A stretch of 64,000 nt of DNA from Octopus vulgaris (lineage: Eukaryota), in contig OX597824.1 of NCBI GenBank assembly GCA_951406725.2, forward strand, positions 46,190,001 through 46,254,000. The letters run 5' to 3'. The notes under the pieces were generated by a model that saw only the letters and a program-made list of their open reading frames with translations, did no database searches and was not told where the DNA came from. This document shows, one piece after another, positions 26,201-42,000 of this stretch. Position 1 is the stretch's first letter. The number at the start of each line of letters is the position of its first letter. Position numbers and translations under genes: made by a program.

Positions 26201-29200
26201 GTGGCAAGCTAGCAGAATTGTTAGTACGCCAGACAAAGTGCTTAGCAGCATTTTGTCCATCTGTATGTTCTGAGTTCAAATGCCACTGAAGTAGACTTGC
26301 CTTTCATCCTTTCGGGGTTGATAAAATAAGTACCAGTTGAACACTGGAGCTGATGTAACCAACTTACCCCACTGTGAAATTGCTGGCCTTGTGTCAAAAT
26401 TTGAAAACAAAATTTACTACAACAGGATTGAGTGATTTGTAAAGCATTCTGTGCAATATTTGTCAAACTGAAAATCCAAACTATATGACTATATATTATT
26501 TTACAGGCTGTCACTTCATTTGGACTACAGCTTGCTGTAGAATTTCTTTTACTCAGTAAACATCTGTGAGTATTAATCATTATATTAATTCTGACTATAT
26601 ACATCCTGGTATTATATTTTATTTTATATAATGGACCAATTTCCAGTTTATGTCATTTCTCAGTGGTGAGCTTGGCAAGAATGAGTCTGTGCGACTCAGT
26701 GCAATAAATACTGTATGCACTGGTTTATTTGTTTTCTCAATACAATGTCCATATTGAGTGAGCTACAACATAACCATCACCTACCAATGTGTGTCTATAC
26801 TAATATATACAGTAATCTCTCACCATATCACAGTTCACCTATCATGGTTTATTATTTAAGCTTATGTCGATTCCTCCATGGTGTTGTTTTACATTTATAA
26901 TAAAATAGATATATACAAATTATAAAAATAATTAAAAAATATATACAGTGCATACTATTTCAACTCTGCGGATTTCCACCTATCATGGGGTTTTTGGAAC
27001 ATGGGGTTACTGCACACACACACATGCATGCATGCATGCATGCATGCATGCACATGCGCAACAGAAGTAAATAGACATCCTTATAATTGTTAAAATTTAT
27101 TTGAATTATTTATTAATTATTATAATGTGAATATCTAATATTTAGTAGCCATGCCTTTTGTATTTTTCAATGCAAGGATCCTATTAGGCATGCTACTGAT
27201 CAGATAATGAATATTCTCTTGAGGAATTTCTTGCAAAATTTCATGCAGCAATCTCAAAAAATCTGGCTTTGAGGATTCTTGTTCTTTTTACAAAGTATCC
27301 TGTCCATTAACCCCCAGAAGTGTTCAATAGAGTTCATATCTGGTGACTGGCTTTCCCATGGAAGCTTTTTAATGCCATTCTCTTCCAACCAATCTTGGGT
27401 CTTTTTAGCTGTGTGACAAAGAGCCCCATCTTCCATAAATAAAGAGTCCTCTTTAATCATTTCACCACTGGAGAAGATTGGAAGTAGTCCTTTCTGCAAT
27501 ATGGACATATATTTATCTGTGTTTATGTTTCCCTCACACTCCACCAGCTCTGATTGGCCATTACTCCAAAGTGCTCCCCAGACCATTACAAAATAGCCAA
27601 CATGTTTTGCTGTTGGCTGCAATCTTTCCACATCAAATTCTTGGCCACAGAGTCTCCAGACCCACACTTGACCACTGTAAGAAAATACAGCAGATATGGA
27701 CTCATCAGAGAATATTTCAGTGTCCCAAAATGATGGTGGTCTCTCTATTTCACTGGCCCAATTTTTTCTCTCCTTGATATTGGGTTGAAGAAGTGGCTTT
27801 CTTCTTGCTGCTCAGCTATAGTAGTTTGTGGAGATACCTGACAGCTGTTCTGGGACTGACGTCAACTTGTTCTGCTATGTTAGAGATCCTTGCAACAAGG
27901 ATTATCCTCCACACTTCTAACAAAGTGAAGGGCAATGTCAGAGGGCCCTGGTCATCCTGGGCAAGGTGATGTGGACTCTTTCTCCTCTCTGGTGAATTGC
28001 ACAATCACTCTATTAACTGTAAAAACTGGAATCATAAGGTTTTCTGTGATTTTACACTAAGTCCACCTTCAGATTTACCCACAATATGGGCCACTTTGAA
28101 ATTCAGGCATTTCCAAGGCTTCTTTTGTATGTGGCGTAATTAAACAGTCACATATAGAACCTGAAACATAAAAATGTCAATTAATAAAAAATATAAACCC
28201 TTTCAAGTTCAAATAAATGTAAAATGATGTTTTATGGGGTGTCTATTTACTTCTGTAGTGTGTGTGTGTAATATACATATACATAAATGTGTAATGGTGT
28301 CTATGTGTGTTTGGGGTTACTCTTACTCCTCCCACACCATCCAACCAATTTTAATGATTTTTGGCACATAGGTAGATCACATGCCCTGAAGTTCAAATAA
28401 GGCCGGAATTTTTCAAAAACTCAATAATGCTCAGTTGGCATTGATTTTTGTGAGTTCAATTGGGCGTTTGAATGGAAATTCCCATAACAAAGTTATTTTT
28501 CCTGCAGCTTTTGCATTTTTTATCCAATTTTGATGAAAATCGATAAGTGAATGAAGCTCATGGCAGTGAGTTGATGCCAATATATGGTGTTGACAAAAAA
28601 TTGATAATTGTGCCTGAGCAGTGGTTTTATCAAATCTATAGGCTTTTTGCATGCAAATACCCATAGGGATTTTGTTTTTGGCTGTAACATATTTTTTTAT
28701 CCGATTTTAATGAAATTTGAGATGTAGGTAAATTTTGTGGTGGGGGAGACGGTAAAGGTGTTTATTTAATTCAAAAGGGCTTGAAAAGGACACTAATGCA
28801 AATAAGCATTTCCTTACAGACATTCTGATTGATTTTATAGAAATTTTACACATGATTACAGTTCATGTCCTTCAGTTGATGCCAGTGTGAAGAGTTGACA
28901 AAAAAATTGATAATTGCCCGTGAGGGAAGGATTTTAAGAAATCAATAGGCTTTTTGTATGCAATTACCCATAGGATTAATATTTTATGCTGTAACTGTTA
29001 CAGAATTTATCTGATTTTGATGAAATTTGACATTTAGGTAATGTTTATAGTTGGAGTCATGTAGTAGAATAAAAATTAAACTGGTGAAAGGCACAAATCA
29101 TCAAAATTCACTCACAATAAAATAATGAACTGATTTTGAAGAAAATTGACCCATGAGTAAAATTAAGCACTTCGACATATGAAACATCAATTATTCATGT

Positions 29201-32200
29201 AATGTATTGGGATTTAAAAGTCAATGGGATATTTTCATATAAATGGTTACATATTTTGAATTTTGCTGAGATTGGATACACTGATCAATTTTGTACAGAG
29301 GGTGGCATTAAAGGAAGAGAAATAAACAAACATCACCCACAACAGGTCAAGGTATATCCAAAAGTTTGACTGCGATTTCAGATGGGTCAGTATGTAGGAG
29401 TATGTCGAAAGTGTTAACCGGGTAAAATCCCTGCTGAACCAGATATAACATCTTAATGAGTAATAGGTGGCATGGGGAATGTAGAAGATTTCAATACAAG
29501 GTCAGAGGTGGGCTTAACTTCAATACAGAAAACATGAGCAACAGGTCCAACAGCTAGTACACACACACACACACACATTTGTGTGTGTATCTGAATATCT
29601 GTACTAATGTATGTTATACAAATGTACATGTCTATGAATATTAATATATATTTTACAAATGTGCAATGTATGTATGCAAATGTGTATGAGTGTGTATGTA
29701 TATATATATATTGATGATGATGATGATATATATATATACATCTCTACTCTTCCTTACATTCCCTCCTTCATACATTATGCCTACCTCTGACTTCACAATC
29801 CTGTCCTTATGGCCCTCTTTCTCTGTATTATTGCTACCTGGTACCCCCCCCCCCACTCTATATATATACCCAAGTTTTCACTACTCACTTCCTCACCCCT
29901 CTGCACTCTCTAATCATGCTTTTTTTGCAATATCCTGCCACTTATATTATGATGTTTGAACCTCAAGGTAATGCCCTGGCACTTGCCCCTATCTATACTT
30001 CTCTCTTCCTTTACTCAACCATCCCAGTTATATTCTGATCCCTGTCCATTGTGAGTATGCCCGGCACTTTTCTACCATCTATATCCTGCTGTCTCTCACT
30101 CTCTTTCTCTCCTCCTGCACTTCCCTTACGTTGGATAACCATGTATCTCCTTTGTAGCATCACACCTGTTTCTATCTTCATTCTTGATATCTATATCCCC
30201 ACCCACCGGCTGAGTAACCTTGTACCTCCTCTACAGAAGCAAGACACTTGTTTCTGTTTCACTATAACCTTTCATCATCTGACACAAGATCACCTCCTCC
30301 AATGCCCTCTTCCCTCACAAAAGATTTTTGTCTTGCAAATTACTTGGTGACTCTGTCAGTGTAGGCGCCACTTATAAAGCATCCAGTCCACACTGTAAAG
30401 TGGTTGGCATTCAGAAGGGCATCCAGCTGTAAAAACCTTACCACAACTGATGTCGCCAGTGCTTGTGCCACGTAAAAAGCACTAAATCCTCTCTGCTGAG
30501 TGGTTTGTGTTAGGAAGGGCATCCAACTGTAAAAATCCTGCCAAAACAGTTACAGAAGTCTGGTTCAGGCTTCTTCCAGGCCAGCTCCTGTCAAATCATT
30601 ACACCTATGCCAGCATGGAAAGTGAACATTAAAAGATGATGATGGTGATGATGATGATGAAGTGCATGTAGACCTTCTGAGAATCCAAGCAATAATGTTT
30701 CTATCCATTCTCAATATATCCTGGAATATTTAAACATGAATACCTGTGCAGGTGGCACATAAAAAGCACCCACTACACTCTCGGAGTGGTTGGCGTTAGG
30801 AAGGGCATCCAGCTGTAGAAACACTGCCAGATCAGACTGGGCCTGGCGCAGCCTTCTGGCTTCCCAGACCCCAGTTGAACCGTCCAACCCATGCTAGCAT
30901 GGAAAACGGACGTTAAATGATGATGATATGTATTGCTGTCATTTTTCATCATCAGAGAATGTCTCTCTTTTGTTGATGTGTGTTCATAGCACATATGCTT
31001 CATTGATGTAAGGGGACTTACCTTTGGAATAATGAATCTAACAAGAGTATAGGCTCTTGTTTATAGAAATCAGCAAATCAAACGAATTACTTGCTGGTGC
31101 ATGCTGAGTCTGCCTGTTATAGATCATCAGATATAACTGATAGCTTCTGTAGTTCTACACCATATCTCACTGTCAAACTGAATTCTATTCATCTTGGTTC
31201 TATCCTATCTCTTTATCACCTGTTTTATATTTTATTTTACTTTATCCATCCATCCATCTTCTTTGCTCGGTATTCCTTGGAGAGTTGTGGAGGTAGAGCT
31301 GTCAGGCACATCCTCCATAGTGTCTTGTCAGAAATAACCATCATTACATTTTCTGTCTGGATTCTCAAGCATGACCAACTGAGACAATGGATATTATTCA
31401 GCCATCTCGTTTTGGGCTTACCCCTGTCAGTTGGCTCAGCTTGAGGAACCTCTCTTGTGATTCTTTTCTGTGACATTCTAATCGCATGTCTGTAGTACTA
31501 GAACTGTGGCCTCTCAATGAAACGAAGTAGTGGTTTGACCAAAGAGACACCCTATCATCATCATCATTTAATGTCTGTTGTCCATGCTGGTATTGGTTGG
31601 ACTGTGTGACCAGAGCTGGGAAGCTGTGGGGTGGGACTGCACCAGACTCCAGTCTGATTTAGCATGGTTTCTATGGTTGGATGCCCTTCCTAATGCCTAT
31701 GCTTTTAATGTGGCATCACACAGATACTTTTACATGTCACTGCATGGGTGCTTTTACATGTTGCTGCATGGGTGCTTTTACATGTCATCGCACCCTATCA
31801 TGTAGCATTACTCCAGTGAACCTTCAGAGGCATCCCATTTCAGCCATTCATTGTTGTAACAACTGTCATAGTCCTTGATATATAATATTACAAGGACACT
31901 TTTTCTCATTTCTGTATTTTATGTTTTCCTGATGCATTTTTTTCTCCAGTTAACTCAAAAATCCTCACCAACTAACACATAATTCAAAATCCTGTAACTA
32001 CCACCACCACCACCATCATCGCTGCTGCTGTTGCTACTGCTATCAGTAACAACTATAAACAAACAATTCTCTTACTTCAGAACATTATAGTATTTGTCAA
32101 GTATTATTTTATTGCTATGACATCGTATCAAAATGTTATTTGCAACAAGTGCAAAAATAAGATTAAAAATGAAACAAAATTAAAAACAAAGCAAACAGAT

Positions 32201-35200
32201 TTCCCCCCTCTCTACCCCTCCACCTATCAAAACTTGCCAATAGCTGACTTCTGATAAATACAGTAAAATAATATCAGTGACCTGGTTGTAAATTTACAGC
32301 TAAACTTTTTAACTCTTTACAATGTACAATCATCTTTATCCTTTTTATGTCTCCTTTTTTTTTCTATGTTGACTCCTGGACAGGCTGATGCAGTATGCCC
32401 TTGAACAAGACACTTCTCTCATTTCATGTTGCTCCAGTCTACTCAGGTGGAAATAAATACCAACAAAGTGCTGGTGCAGCTCTCCCTCCTCTGCCAGCTG
32501 TCATATCCTCAGTGTTCTCTGGGTCAAAAATGGGGAGAGTTAAGAGGATGTCTATGTCTGATCACAATTACATTGGCTCCTAAAACAAATTAGCAAAATC
32601 TTGGTGCCTGTTACCAAGCCATACTTATTCTTAATGTTGGACAGAACTAAGGCAGCTAACTAGCTGAACCATTAGCATACCAGTTGAAATACTTAGTGAC
32701 ATTTTGTGTCTTCATGTTCTGAGTTCAAATTCCACTAAGGTCAGCTTTGCCTTTCATCCTTTCAGGATAGATAAAATAAGTACCAGTTGAGTTCTGGGGT
32801 TGATGTAATTGACTTACCTCCTCCTCTGAAATTCCTGGCCTTCAGCCAAAATTTGAAATCAATATGTTGGATAGGATTTTTTGAGGCTGTGTTTTATGGC
32901 AGAATGCCTTTCTTGACCTTAATCCTGTTTAAAAAAACACAAACAGGATGTATGCAGTATGATAGTATTGTATACTAATGATTGTATTGGAAACTAATGA
33001 AAATACAGCTAAAGTCAATATAACAGTATATGTGTGTTTTAGATGGTTACCTTGACATTTCCACAGTGTAGTGATGTGGACTGTTTAATGATTCAGAACA
33101 AAAATAAAAATTGCAATTTATGATGGACAATTGATACAAAATGTGTGTGTGATAAAAAAAACATCATGTGGGTAATAACTGAAAGCCTAAAATATGAAAA
33201 GAAAAAATGGATATTTTACAAAACTGTAAAATAATAATTCTTAGAACAAAATAAGCCTGAAAAGACCTTAAAATAAAGACCCCAAAATATAGACCCTTGA
33301 AAGACCCCCACCTTTCACACCACTACTGAACTGTAAAATATAAGCCCTTTAAAATGAAATAAAGCTGCCAAAAATATTGCTGCAGTCATCAACCCAATTT
33401 TTACAGTCTCAGATAGAAAGTTAATAAAATCTTTTATCTCCGGCATAACCTGTCCTGTACATAAGTAGCATCTTATTTCTTAGTTTTTAGGGCCCTTCAA
33501 TTTTTTTTTTAGGATTTGTGTACTCTGGGCTACATTTTCCAATGCATCCCTTTTTTAAGGTGTCAAAGTGTACTTTGAGATATATTTGGGTGTTATTTCT
33601 AGTAGGTCAAGTAATCTACAATGAGGGAATCATTCCTTTGCTTGTGTTTTCTAAATCTGTACAGATGTCAACAACAATTACAATTATCATTATGTAGAGA
33701 GCTAGCAGAATCATTACTGCTCTGGACAAAATGTTCAGCAGCATTTCTTCTGGCTTTTTGCGTTTTGAGTTCACATGCCATTAAGCTTCACTTTACCTTT
33801 CATCCTTTTGGGGTTGATAAAATAAATACTAGTCAAGTACTGGGGTCGGTGAATTCAACTTAACCCTTCTCACAAAATTTAAAGCCTTGTGCTTATAGTA
33901 GAAAGTCTTTATTGAAAGGGTTTTCCTGTGGATTTTGGAACAAATGTTATTGACTTAGAATAGAAGAACTGATTTTATATAAAATTAATCTACTGTTTTC
34001 TCAATGTTGTTATTGAACAGGGGATTGTGTGTTGGCTTCAACAGTCTTTGTGCCTTGGCTTCTGTGAACCACCTTCATTTTCACAGCTATTATCTTGATG
34101 AACTGCTACCTATTAAAAAATGTGTAAGTACCTTCTGAACTTGTTTTTGCTTTCTATTGTCAATGAAGTGTTGCTTTCTACATTCAAAGATTAAGAAAAG
34201 GAAGCATCATCATCGTGTTAATGTTTACTTTTTTCATGAGGGCATAGGTCAGATGAAATTTATTGAGGCAGATTTTCTGTGGATGGATGCCCTCCCTGTC
34301 TTTAACCATTACCTTTCCCAAGCAAAGTAATATTTCTCTTTGTGTCCAGACAAAAAATTGATAACAAGTGACCCTGTTTCTATGACAATGACACATATTT
34401 ACAACTGTCATGTAATGTCAAGGCAAGGAAATACAAGTATGCCCACATTCACGCTTACACACACATATGATGGGATTTTTTCAGTTTCTGACTACCAAAT
34501 CCTCCACTCACAAAGCCTTGGTCAGGTCAGGGCTATGTTAGCCTGCACTTGTCCTAGCTGCCATGCAGTTGGACTGAACCTGAAATCATATGGTTGGAAA
34601 GTAAACTTTTTAGCCACATAGCCACACTTGTGAGACTTATTGATGAACATTGGATGCAATGATTTTGTAGCAACTGGAAGTAAAGGAAGTTGAATATGTT
34701 TCTGTGAAATGTGGAGCATTAACATAGAAGGAAGATTGAATGCACACATTAAAAAAAAAAACCATGTAGCAGTTGACTATGGTACTGCTATGACAGTCAT
34801 TGGGTATGACTCCATCATGAACTACCTGATTTACAATACTGGTGACTAGGCCAGAGCCCACACCACCAGATGTTTTAAGTATCTCAGCAGTGATTCCGGA
34901 TGCGCCGGGATCTTTTCCTGGCTACATACCCTTAAGTTCTTTATCTACCAGGGAGTTGTCTATTTGGATAGCTGGTCCCTCTACTGGGTCAACATTTATG
35001 CAACAGGAAGTGTGAGGAATATTTATGCGGTATATAGGGATTGGACAATAAACGTAAGCCAGTGTCAACGTTGGAAGACGAGTCTCATCCTGGAAGATCT
35101 GTAGAGTTCAACGAGGATGCCCTGCAAACTCAGGTGGAATAAAATCCCATCATAACTATTGAACTAGCAGAGAAGCTTGGATTTGGTCATTCAATCAGTC

Positions 35201-38200
35201 ATCCAAGTCAGCACTAAAAGAAAAACAACCACCATTGGTTTCAAAACAAAAGGTGTTCTTCTATCAGAATAATGCTTGGCCACATACAGCGAGGATGACA
35301 TTCCAAAGGCTGGAGCAGTTTGAATGGGAAATGATGCCTTGCTTACCATATTTGCCAGACATTGCCACATATGATTATTATCTATTCCGCAGTCTTCAAA
35401 ATCATTTGGATCGAAAAAATATGAATTCTGTAGATGAGGTTAGAACAGCAGTGGAGGAGTATTTTATGTCATGAACAAATGAATTTTGGGAGAGGGACCT
35501 TGCAAGTCTACCAGATAGATGGAAGAGCATTGTAGAAAATGAAGGAAAGTATATTTTAGATTAAAAAAGAACTTTGTTTATCTTAATTTTGAAAAATAAA
35601 AGAAGTATAAAAAAACCACATTATTTATGGGATGACCCAATATAAAGGCTACCAAATAAACTGCTTTTGGCACAACAACTCTTTCTTACTACTAAAATAA
35701 CCTCGAAAATGAGGTCAAGTCACACAATTTTTAGGTCATTTTCAGGCAATATTTCGATTTGCTTCTAATGTTTCACTTTTGTCTGATGTTTTACACAGGC
35801 ATAAAATTCTACTCAAACATTTATGAAAATGTACACATAAATATCGTATTAAAATATGCCACAACCAAAAAAATTTCATTAAGGGCGGTGCCCCAGCATG
35901 GCCTCAGCCGGATGGCTGAAACAAGTAAAAGAGTAAAAGAGTAAGACATCCATTTCTCTATATGGTATGAGGAAATACAGTCACTCACTCTCTCTCTCTC
36001 TCACACGCACACATACATAGAAAAAAGATGTATCAATATGTATATATATATATAAAGTTAATCCAAACAAGAAAGCACAAAAAAAACACAACAACGCGAG
36101 GACGTGGAACAAATATAGTATTATTGGATGCTCAGGAAAGAAGGAGGGTTTAACATTTTGAGCGGAGCTCTTCGTCGGAAACATAGGAGAAGGGGAGACA
36201 GAGGAAAAAAATCGCCAACGGTACACATGCGGTCATGAAAGATAATGTGCGCGTGGGTGTGTGAGAGAGAGAGAGTCACTTACACATACATGCAAAAAAT
36301 GCATAGATGATAACATACACCTTCACTCACTCTCCCTCTCTCTCTCTCTCACATGCACATGCACACACACACATCTCCATTTCATATACACAGACATACA
36401 TCTTTCGCTTTCTGCTCTCACTTCAAACCAGATGTCACCTTTTCACTTTCTCACTCCCTACCTTCAAAGCATAAAAATTTAAAAAAAATTTTACTGAAAT
36501 TTGCAAACAATCATATGATCAACCATATGATTGAGTTGACAACTTTGGTGCTTCAAATGAAAGAATTCCATAAAATAACTACCTTTGGCACACACACACA
36601 CGCACACACACACACACACTCTCTCTCTCTCTCATACATACATACACACACTCTAGGTAAAATTTCTGTATGAATTATGTTATTTCTTGCTGGACACACC
36701 CAAAATTACAGCTCAAATTTAATTGAAATGACCCTTTTCTATTCTATAATTTGTGTTTGTGATGAGCACATTTAAAAACCTGATCTTCAATATAAACTTA
36801 AAAGGATATTTTTCCAGAAATCCTGACTTTTACCTGTTGTTTCAACCATGTCCAAGGTGACATTTGCACCCCTCACTTATTTTTTTCCTAAATTTCTTTG
36901 TTTAGTTAAGTCTCCATTCCTATCTAATTTCTATGAATTAAGTTGAGTGCTGGTCAACTTTTGTGTTTCAGAAAGTCCAGCATTTAACAAAGAACCTTTA
37001 TGAGATTTTAGATTGGCCTGCTTCTGGATTTATCTTCCAGCTGGAAGAAAATGCTTTGGTAACTTTTATTGAGTAAGTGTGCTTCATATTTTTGAAAATT
37101 ATTTTTGAATGTGTAATACTTATGTTTCCTAGATGTCTTCTTGAGTTTAAAGATATTGGTCCTGTCATGTGAAATGTAAAGTTTATAAACTTACACTCTG
37201 ATATTTGATACTTCAGCACTTATGACTTGATATTACCTAACTTCTGATGTAAAACACATAGAAAGACAAACAGAGTGTTAATAACAAAATGTATGGAGAA
37301 CAGAGGTCACAAACAAGTAGATCTTATATAATCAGAAGAAATATTTACTGACAAATGAAAAATTCTTGAACCATCTGGTTACAATATGGGTGACTAGACC
37401 ATAACCCACCCCATCAGATATTTTAAGCATCTCAGCAGTGATTCTTGATGGGTCAGGTGCTTTCCCTGTCTTCATATTCTTAATTGCTTTCTCTACTAGG
37501 GTACTGTCAATTTGGGTAGCTGCTCCCTCAATTGGGTCAACATTTGGCAGACTTTCCTTCTCCCATTCATTCTCCACGTTCAGCAGTCTTTCATAATGGC
37601 ATCTCTAGGCCTCTTTCTTTGTAGACTCATTAAAAGTATGTGTACCATCATCCATGCAGACACATTTCTCTCCTATGTCATCACATTTTTCTCTCACACA
37701 CTGTCTTGCAATCCGAACTGCTTCAGGTCTTTGGTCCTCATGAAGCTGAATATAGGCAAACTTCTTTTCTGCTTCCCACCTGGCTAGATATACTTGTCTC
37801 CTAGCTTCCCTTCTGGCTATTTTATACAATTCCCTGCGGCCTCCATTCTTCCAGGTGTGTTTCTTTGCTCTATTGTCTCTGTCTACACTATTGTTCCACT
37901 ACCACATAACCCTGGGTCTGGAAGGGACTTTGCACCAGCCACAGATTTGGTCTGTGTCACTTAGCAAGCTGTCTTGCAGGAATTCCTAGTTGCCCTCTAT
38001 GTCACAAGTTTGAAGCTCCTCCTCCCTCTCATCAAATTTTTCAATTAGGATGTCCCTAAATCTCTGACTATATGAAGGGTCCTTAAGCTTCCAAATCTTT
38101 CTTTTCCAGATTAGTCTGCTTCTTTCCATATATATATATATATCATCATCATTTAGCATCTGTTGTCCATGTTGGCATGGGTTGACCAGTTTGACCAGAA

Positions 38201-39020
38201 CTGGTAAGCTGAGGGGCTGCACCAAACTCCAGTCTGATTTGGCATGGTTTATATGGTTGGATGTTCTTCCAATCACTCCAAGAGTGTAATGAGTGCTTTT
38301 ACATGCCACTGGTATGGGTGCCAGTTTGCATGACACCAGTATTTTCCACAACTATGATTTCACTTGGTGATGAGTCTTCTTCTCAAGCATAGTATATTGC
38401 CAAAGGTCTTGCTCATTTGTCATTGCCTTCATGATGCCCAGCACTCAAAAGGTGCATTTCATGTGTCACTGGCATGAGTGCTAGTTACACAACACCAGTA
38501 TCATCCACATTGCTTCTGTGAGGCCCAACACTGGAAAGGTGTCTTTTCCATGCCACTGACATGGGTACTTGTTACGTGACACTGACAACAGCCACAGCTA
38601 TAATTTCACTTTGCTTTACAGGTCTTCTTAAGCACAGCATATCACCAAAGATCTTGCTCACTAGTCATTGCCTGCATGAGGCTCAATGTTAGAAGATCAT
38701 GCCTCACCGCCTTGTCCAATGTCTTCCTGGGTCTCTCTTTCTTCCAAAGCTTCCTCCCACTGGTAGAGATTGGCACTTCTTCACACAAAGAATGAGATAG
38801 TCAGATAATATCTATAGCCTCAGTTGGCCACACCTGGGAATTCATCCAGAAAGTGTCATGATAGCTACTTCTGACATGACTCTATGGAGGAAGTGACTGA
38901 AGACTTTACCCCTACAATTCTCCTAAGGATAGTAGACAGAAGATGGATGGGTGATATAAGCAGGCATGGAGATGAACATTGTCAAATCTTGTTTACTTGA
39001 TCAGTTAACAGAGATTAGAC

Positions 39021-39052
<32 letters not shown>

Positions 39053-42000
39053 TTATGAAGAGATTTGGCCAATAATAATGTACATAATAGCAAAATAAAA
39101 GAATATCACACCTCGTTTATAATGTCTCTCATAAACAATCCAATGCTATGATGGAGTGGAGCATCTCACATCTGCACTGTAAGTCTTTGGTGTAGTTAAC
39201 ATCAATAGTTTTAGATATAAGAGGGATGGTTTAGACACATGATAAGAATAAACAAAATATTAATCATTCTGTTCCCATATTTCTGTTCAAATACACTGTC
39301 TTTGTTTCAATTAATTTTGAAAACAATGAAAACTTTTGTAAAATAACTTTTTATTATCAACCCTTTTGTTACAAAACTTCTATTTTCAATAGGCTGCCTT
39401 GGTTTCTATAATTTTTATCATAACGGTAAATTTAGTAGAATAACATTGTTATTTTTACGGAAGTTTTAATTTAGGTCACTTTAAAACAGGCAGTTTGTAT
39501 CCTAGAAGTAGGAGTGTTCTCATACAAGTTGGTGTCAAAAGGATTAAGATATCAAATAGCAAATGTAAGTGGTCATAGTAGAAAATAACTGAGATATTCT
39601 GGCATTTATCTGAGCATTTCAGAATCACTTATGGAGATCTAGAATTGGAACAGCTTGGAGAACAAGGAACTTCAAGTGTCAAACAAGAAAATTAACATTA
39701 ATTGATTAAATGAGGCAACAATTAGACACCTCAATATGAAATTTAAAAATAGCATCTAAATTGATTACATCTGGTATACTACTAATTTTGTCATTAGACT
39801 ATATATAATCAATATAGACATTATCTGCCTTATTGTAAAGCACAATATGACAAATATAACATTTGTCATAGAACTATCTTATTAATATCAGAGGTATGTC
39901 CTGCTAAAGAACTTCAATCTACTGACTATTAACAATCTGGATATTGCACCTGAGGCCTACCTTTCTCATACACAAGGGTAGAGTATTAGATCCTTGTTAC
40001 ATGTATAGACTACATCTTACCCTTATTAACCATGTGACCTCATTACTAACCCAACACCATCGAATTTTGGTGGATCCCATGTAAAGACTTCAGCTACTAA
40101 TGTACTCATAGTCTACTGAATGACAGCTTAGCTACTGACTCACATTAATATTCCACATATTATGTTCAGAAATCAATACAAGGAATTGATGTTCCTGAAT
40201 ATGCTATACAAAAGCCTGCAACCAGGGTGGAACCAAGATGCTGCCAAGTTCTATGACAAATGTTATATTTGTCATATAGGCCTGCGTAAAGTAAAACACT
40301 ACAATAGGTTGTGTCACTTTCATAGCATTTGTACAACATGATCTAAGCTGACCAATGGAGGCCTGAAACCTGGAAGCCATCTTCAGTTCCTCTCATTCTG
40401 CTTGTGTCATCAGATGAGATAAGTGTGTCCCACTTATCTCATCTGATGTGGAGTTGAATCAAGCTGTTATTAAATCATCATCATCATCGTTTAACATTCA
40501 TTTTCCATGCTGGCATGAGTTGGCTGGTTTGACAGGAGCTGACAAGGCCAGGAGCCACACTGGGTTTCAAAGTCTGTTTTGGCTTAGTTCTTAATGCCAA
40601 CCACACTACAGAGTGTCTTGGATATTCTTTTGTACATGACATCAACACCAGTGCCTTTTATGTGGCACCATCACTGGTGTTTTTTATATGGCACCATCAC
40701 CCATGCTTTTTACATGGCACCAGCACCAGTACTTTTTATGTGGCACCAACACCAGTGCTTTTTACATGACAGCAGTACCATAAAGTTCATTATCCCTTCT
40801 ATTTCACACTCTCCTTTCACACCCTAATGACCCTATCTGCACACAGTGTACTCTTGTTGAATCTCTTCCCCACAACATATCCTCCTAGCAATTCCTCATT
40901 CTATTTTTGCCCACTTACTACATTCCCTCCCCTTTGTCTCCCACTCTCCTTTCACGATTTCATGAACTTACCCATCCACTCACACTATCCAATCCTTGGT
41001 TCCACTTCACTTGTATACACCTTCATGTAACTTCAGTATAACCCCCACTGTTGCATCTCTCCTCTCTCTCCCCTCTACTGAAGTGCTCATGTATCTCCTT
41101 CACAGGAAGACACCTATTTCTGTTCCTCTTTTCATACTCTGACCTCTCATCACCTGCCATGAAGTAACCTCTTTCGATACTACCACCACCTCAGTTGAGG
41201 GGGTTTGAGTTTTGTTGCGTAAATTATTTGGTGACCTCATTGCTGCTGTTGCCTTGTAAAAAGCACCCAGTCCTCTCTGTAAAGTGGTTGGTGATAGGAA
41301 GAGGATCCAGCTAGAGAAACCATGCCAAAGCAGACAGTGTCTTCTACTATAGTCTAGGACCACCCAAAGCCTTGTGAGTGGATTTGGTAGATGGAACTGT
41401 TGAGGCTCCTTTTGTATTACATATTTTTATATTAAGTTAATTGAAATCCACTCTTGTATAATATAAGTTGTCATGTATTTTCTCTACAAGAAACTTGTCT
41501 CAGACCCTTCCTTCCTCCCTCCCCCTTCCTTCTTATTTTAACCTTTTATCACCTAACATAAAGCTACCTCCTTCTTTACTATAGTCCCACTCAGTTGATG
41601 GGGATCTTAAGTCTCATGAGCCACATGGTGACCTCACTAATGATGATGCCATAAAAAAAAAAAACACCCAATATACTCTGTAAAATGATAGGCATAGGGA
41701 AAGCATCTAGCTGTAGGAGCTGTGCCAAAGTTGACATTGGAGTATGATGCAAATCCCTTGACCTGAAAAATCCCGTCAAATTATCCAATCTATGCCAACA
41801 TGGAAGACAGATTTTAAAAGAATAATGCTAATAATAATCCTTTCTATTATAAGCACAAGGCCTGAAATTTTGTGGGAAGGGCCTAGTCAATTACATCAAC
41901 CCCAGTGCTCAACTGGTACTTATTTTATCAATCCCGAAAGGAAAAAAGGCAAAGTTGACTTTGGCAGAATTTGAACTCAGAACATGAAGACGGATGAAAT

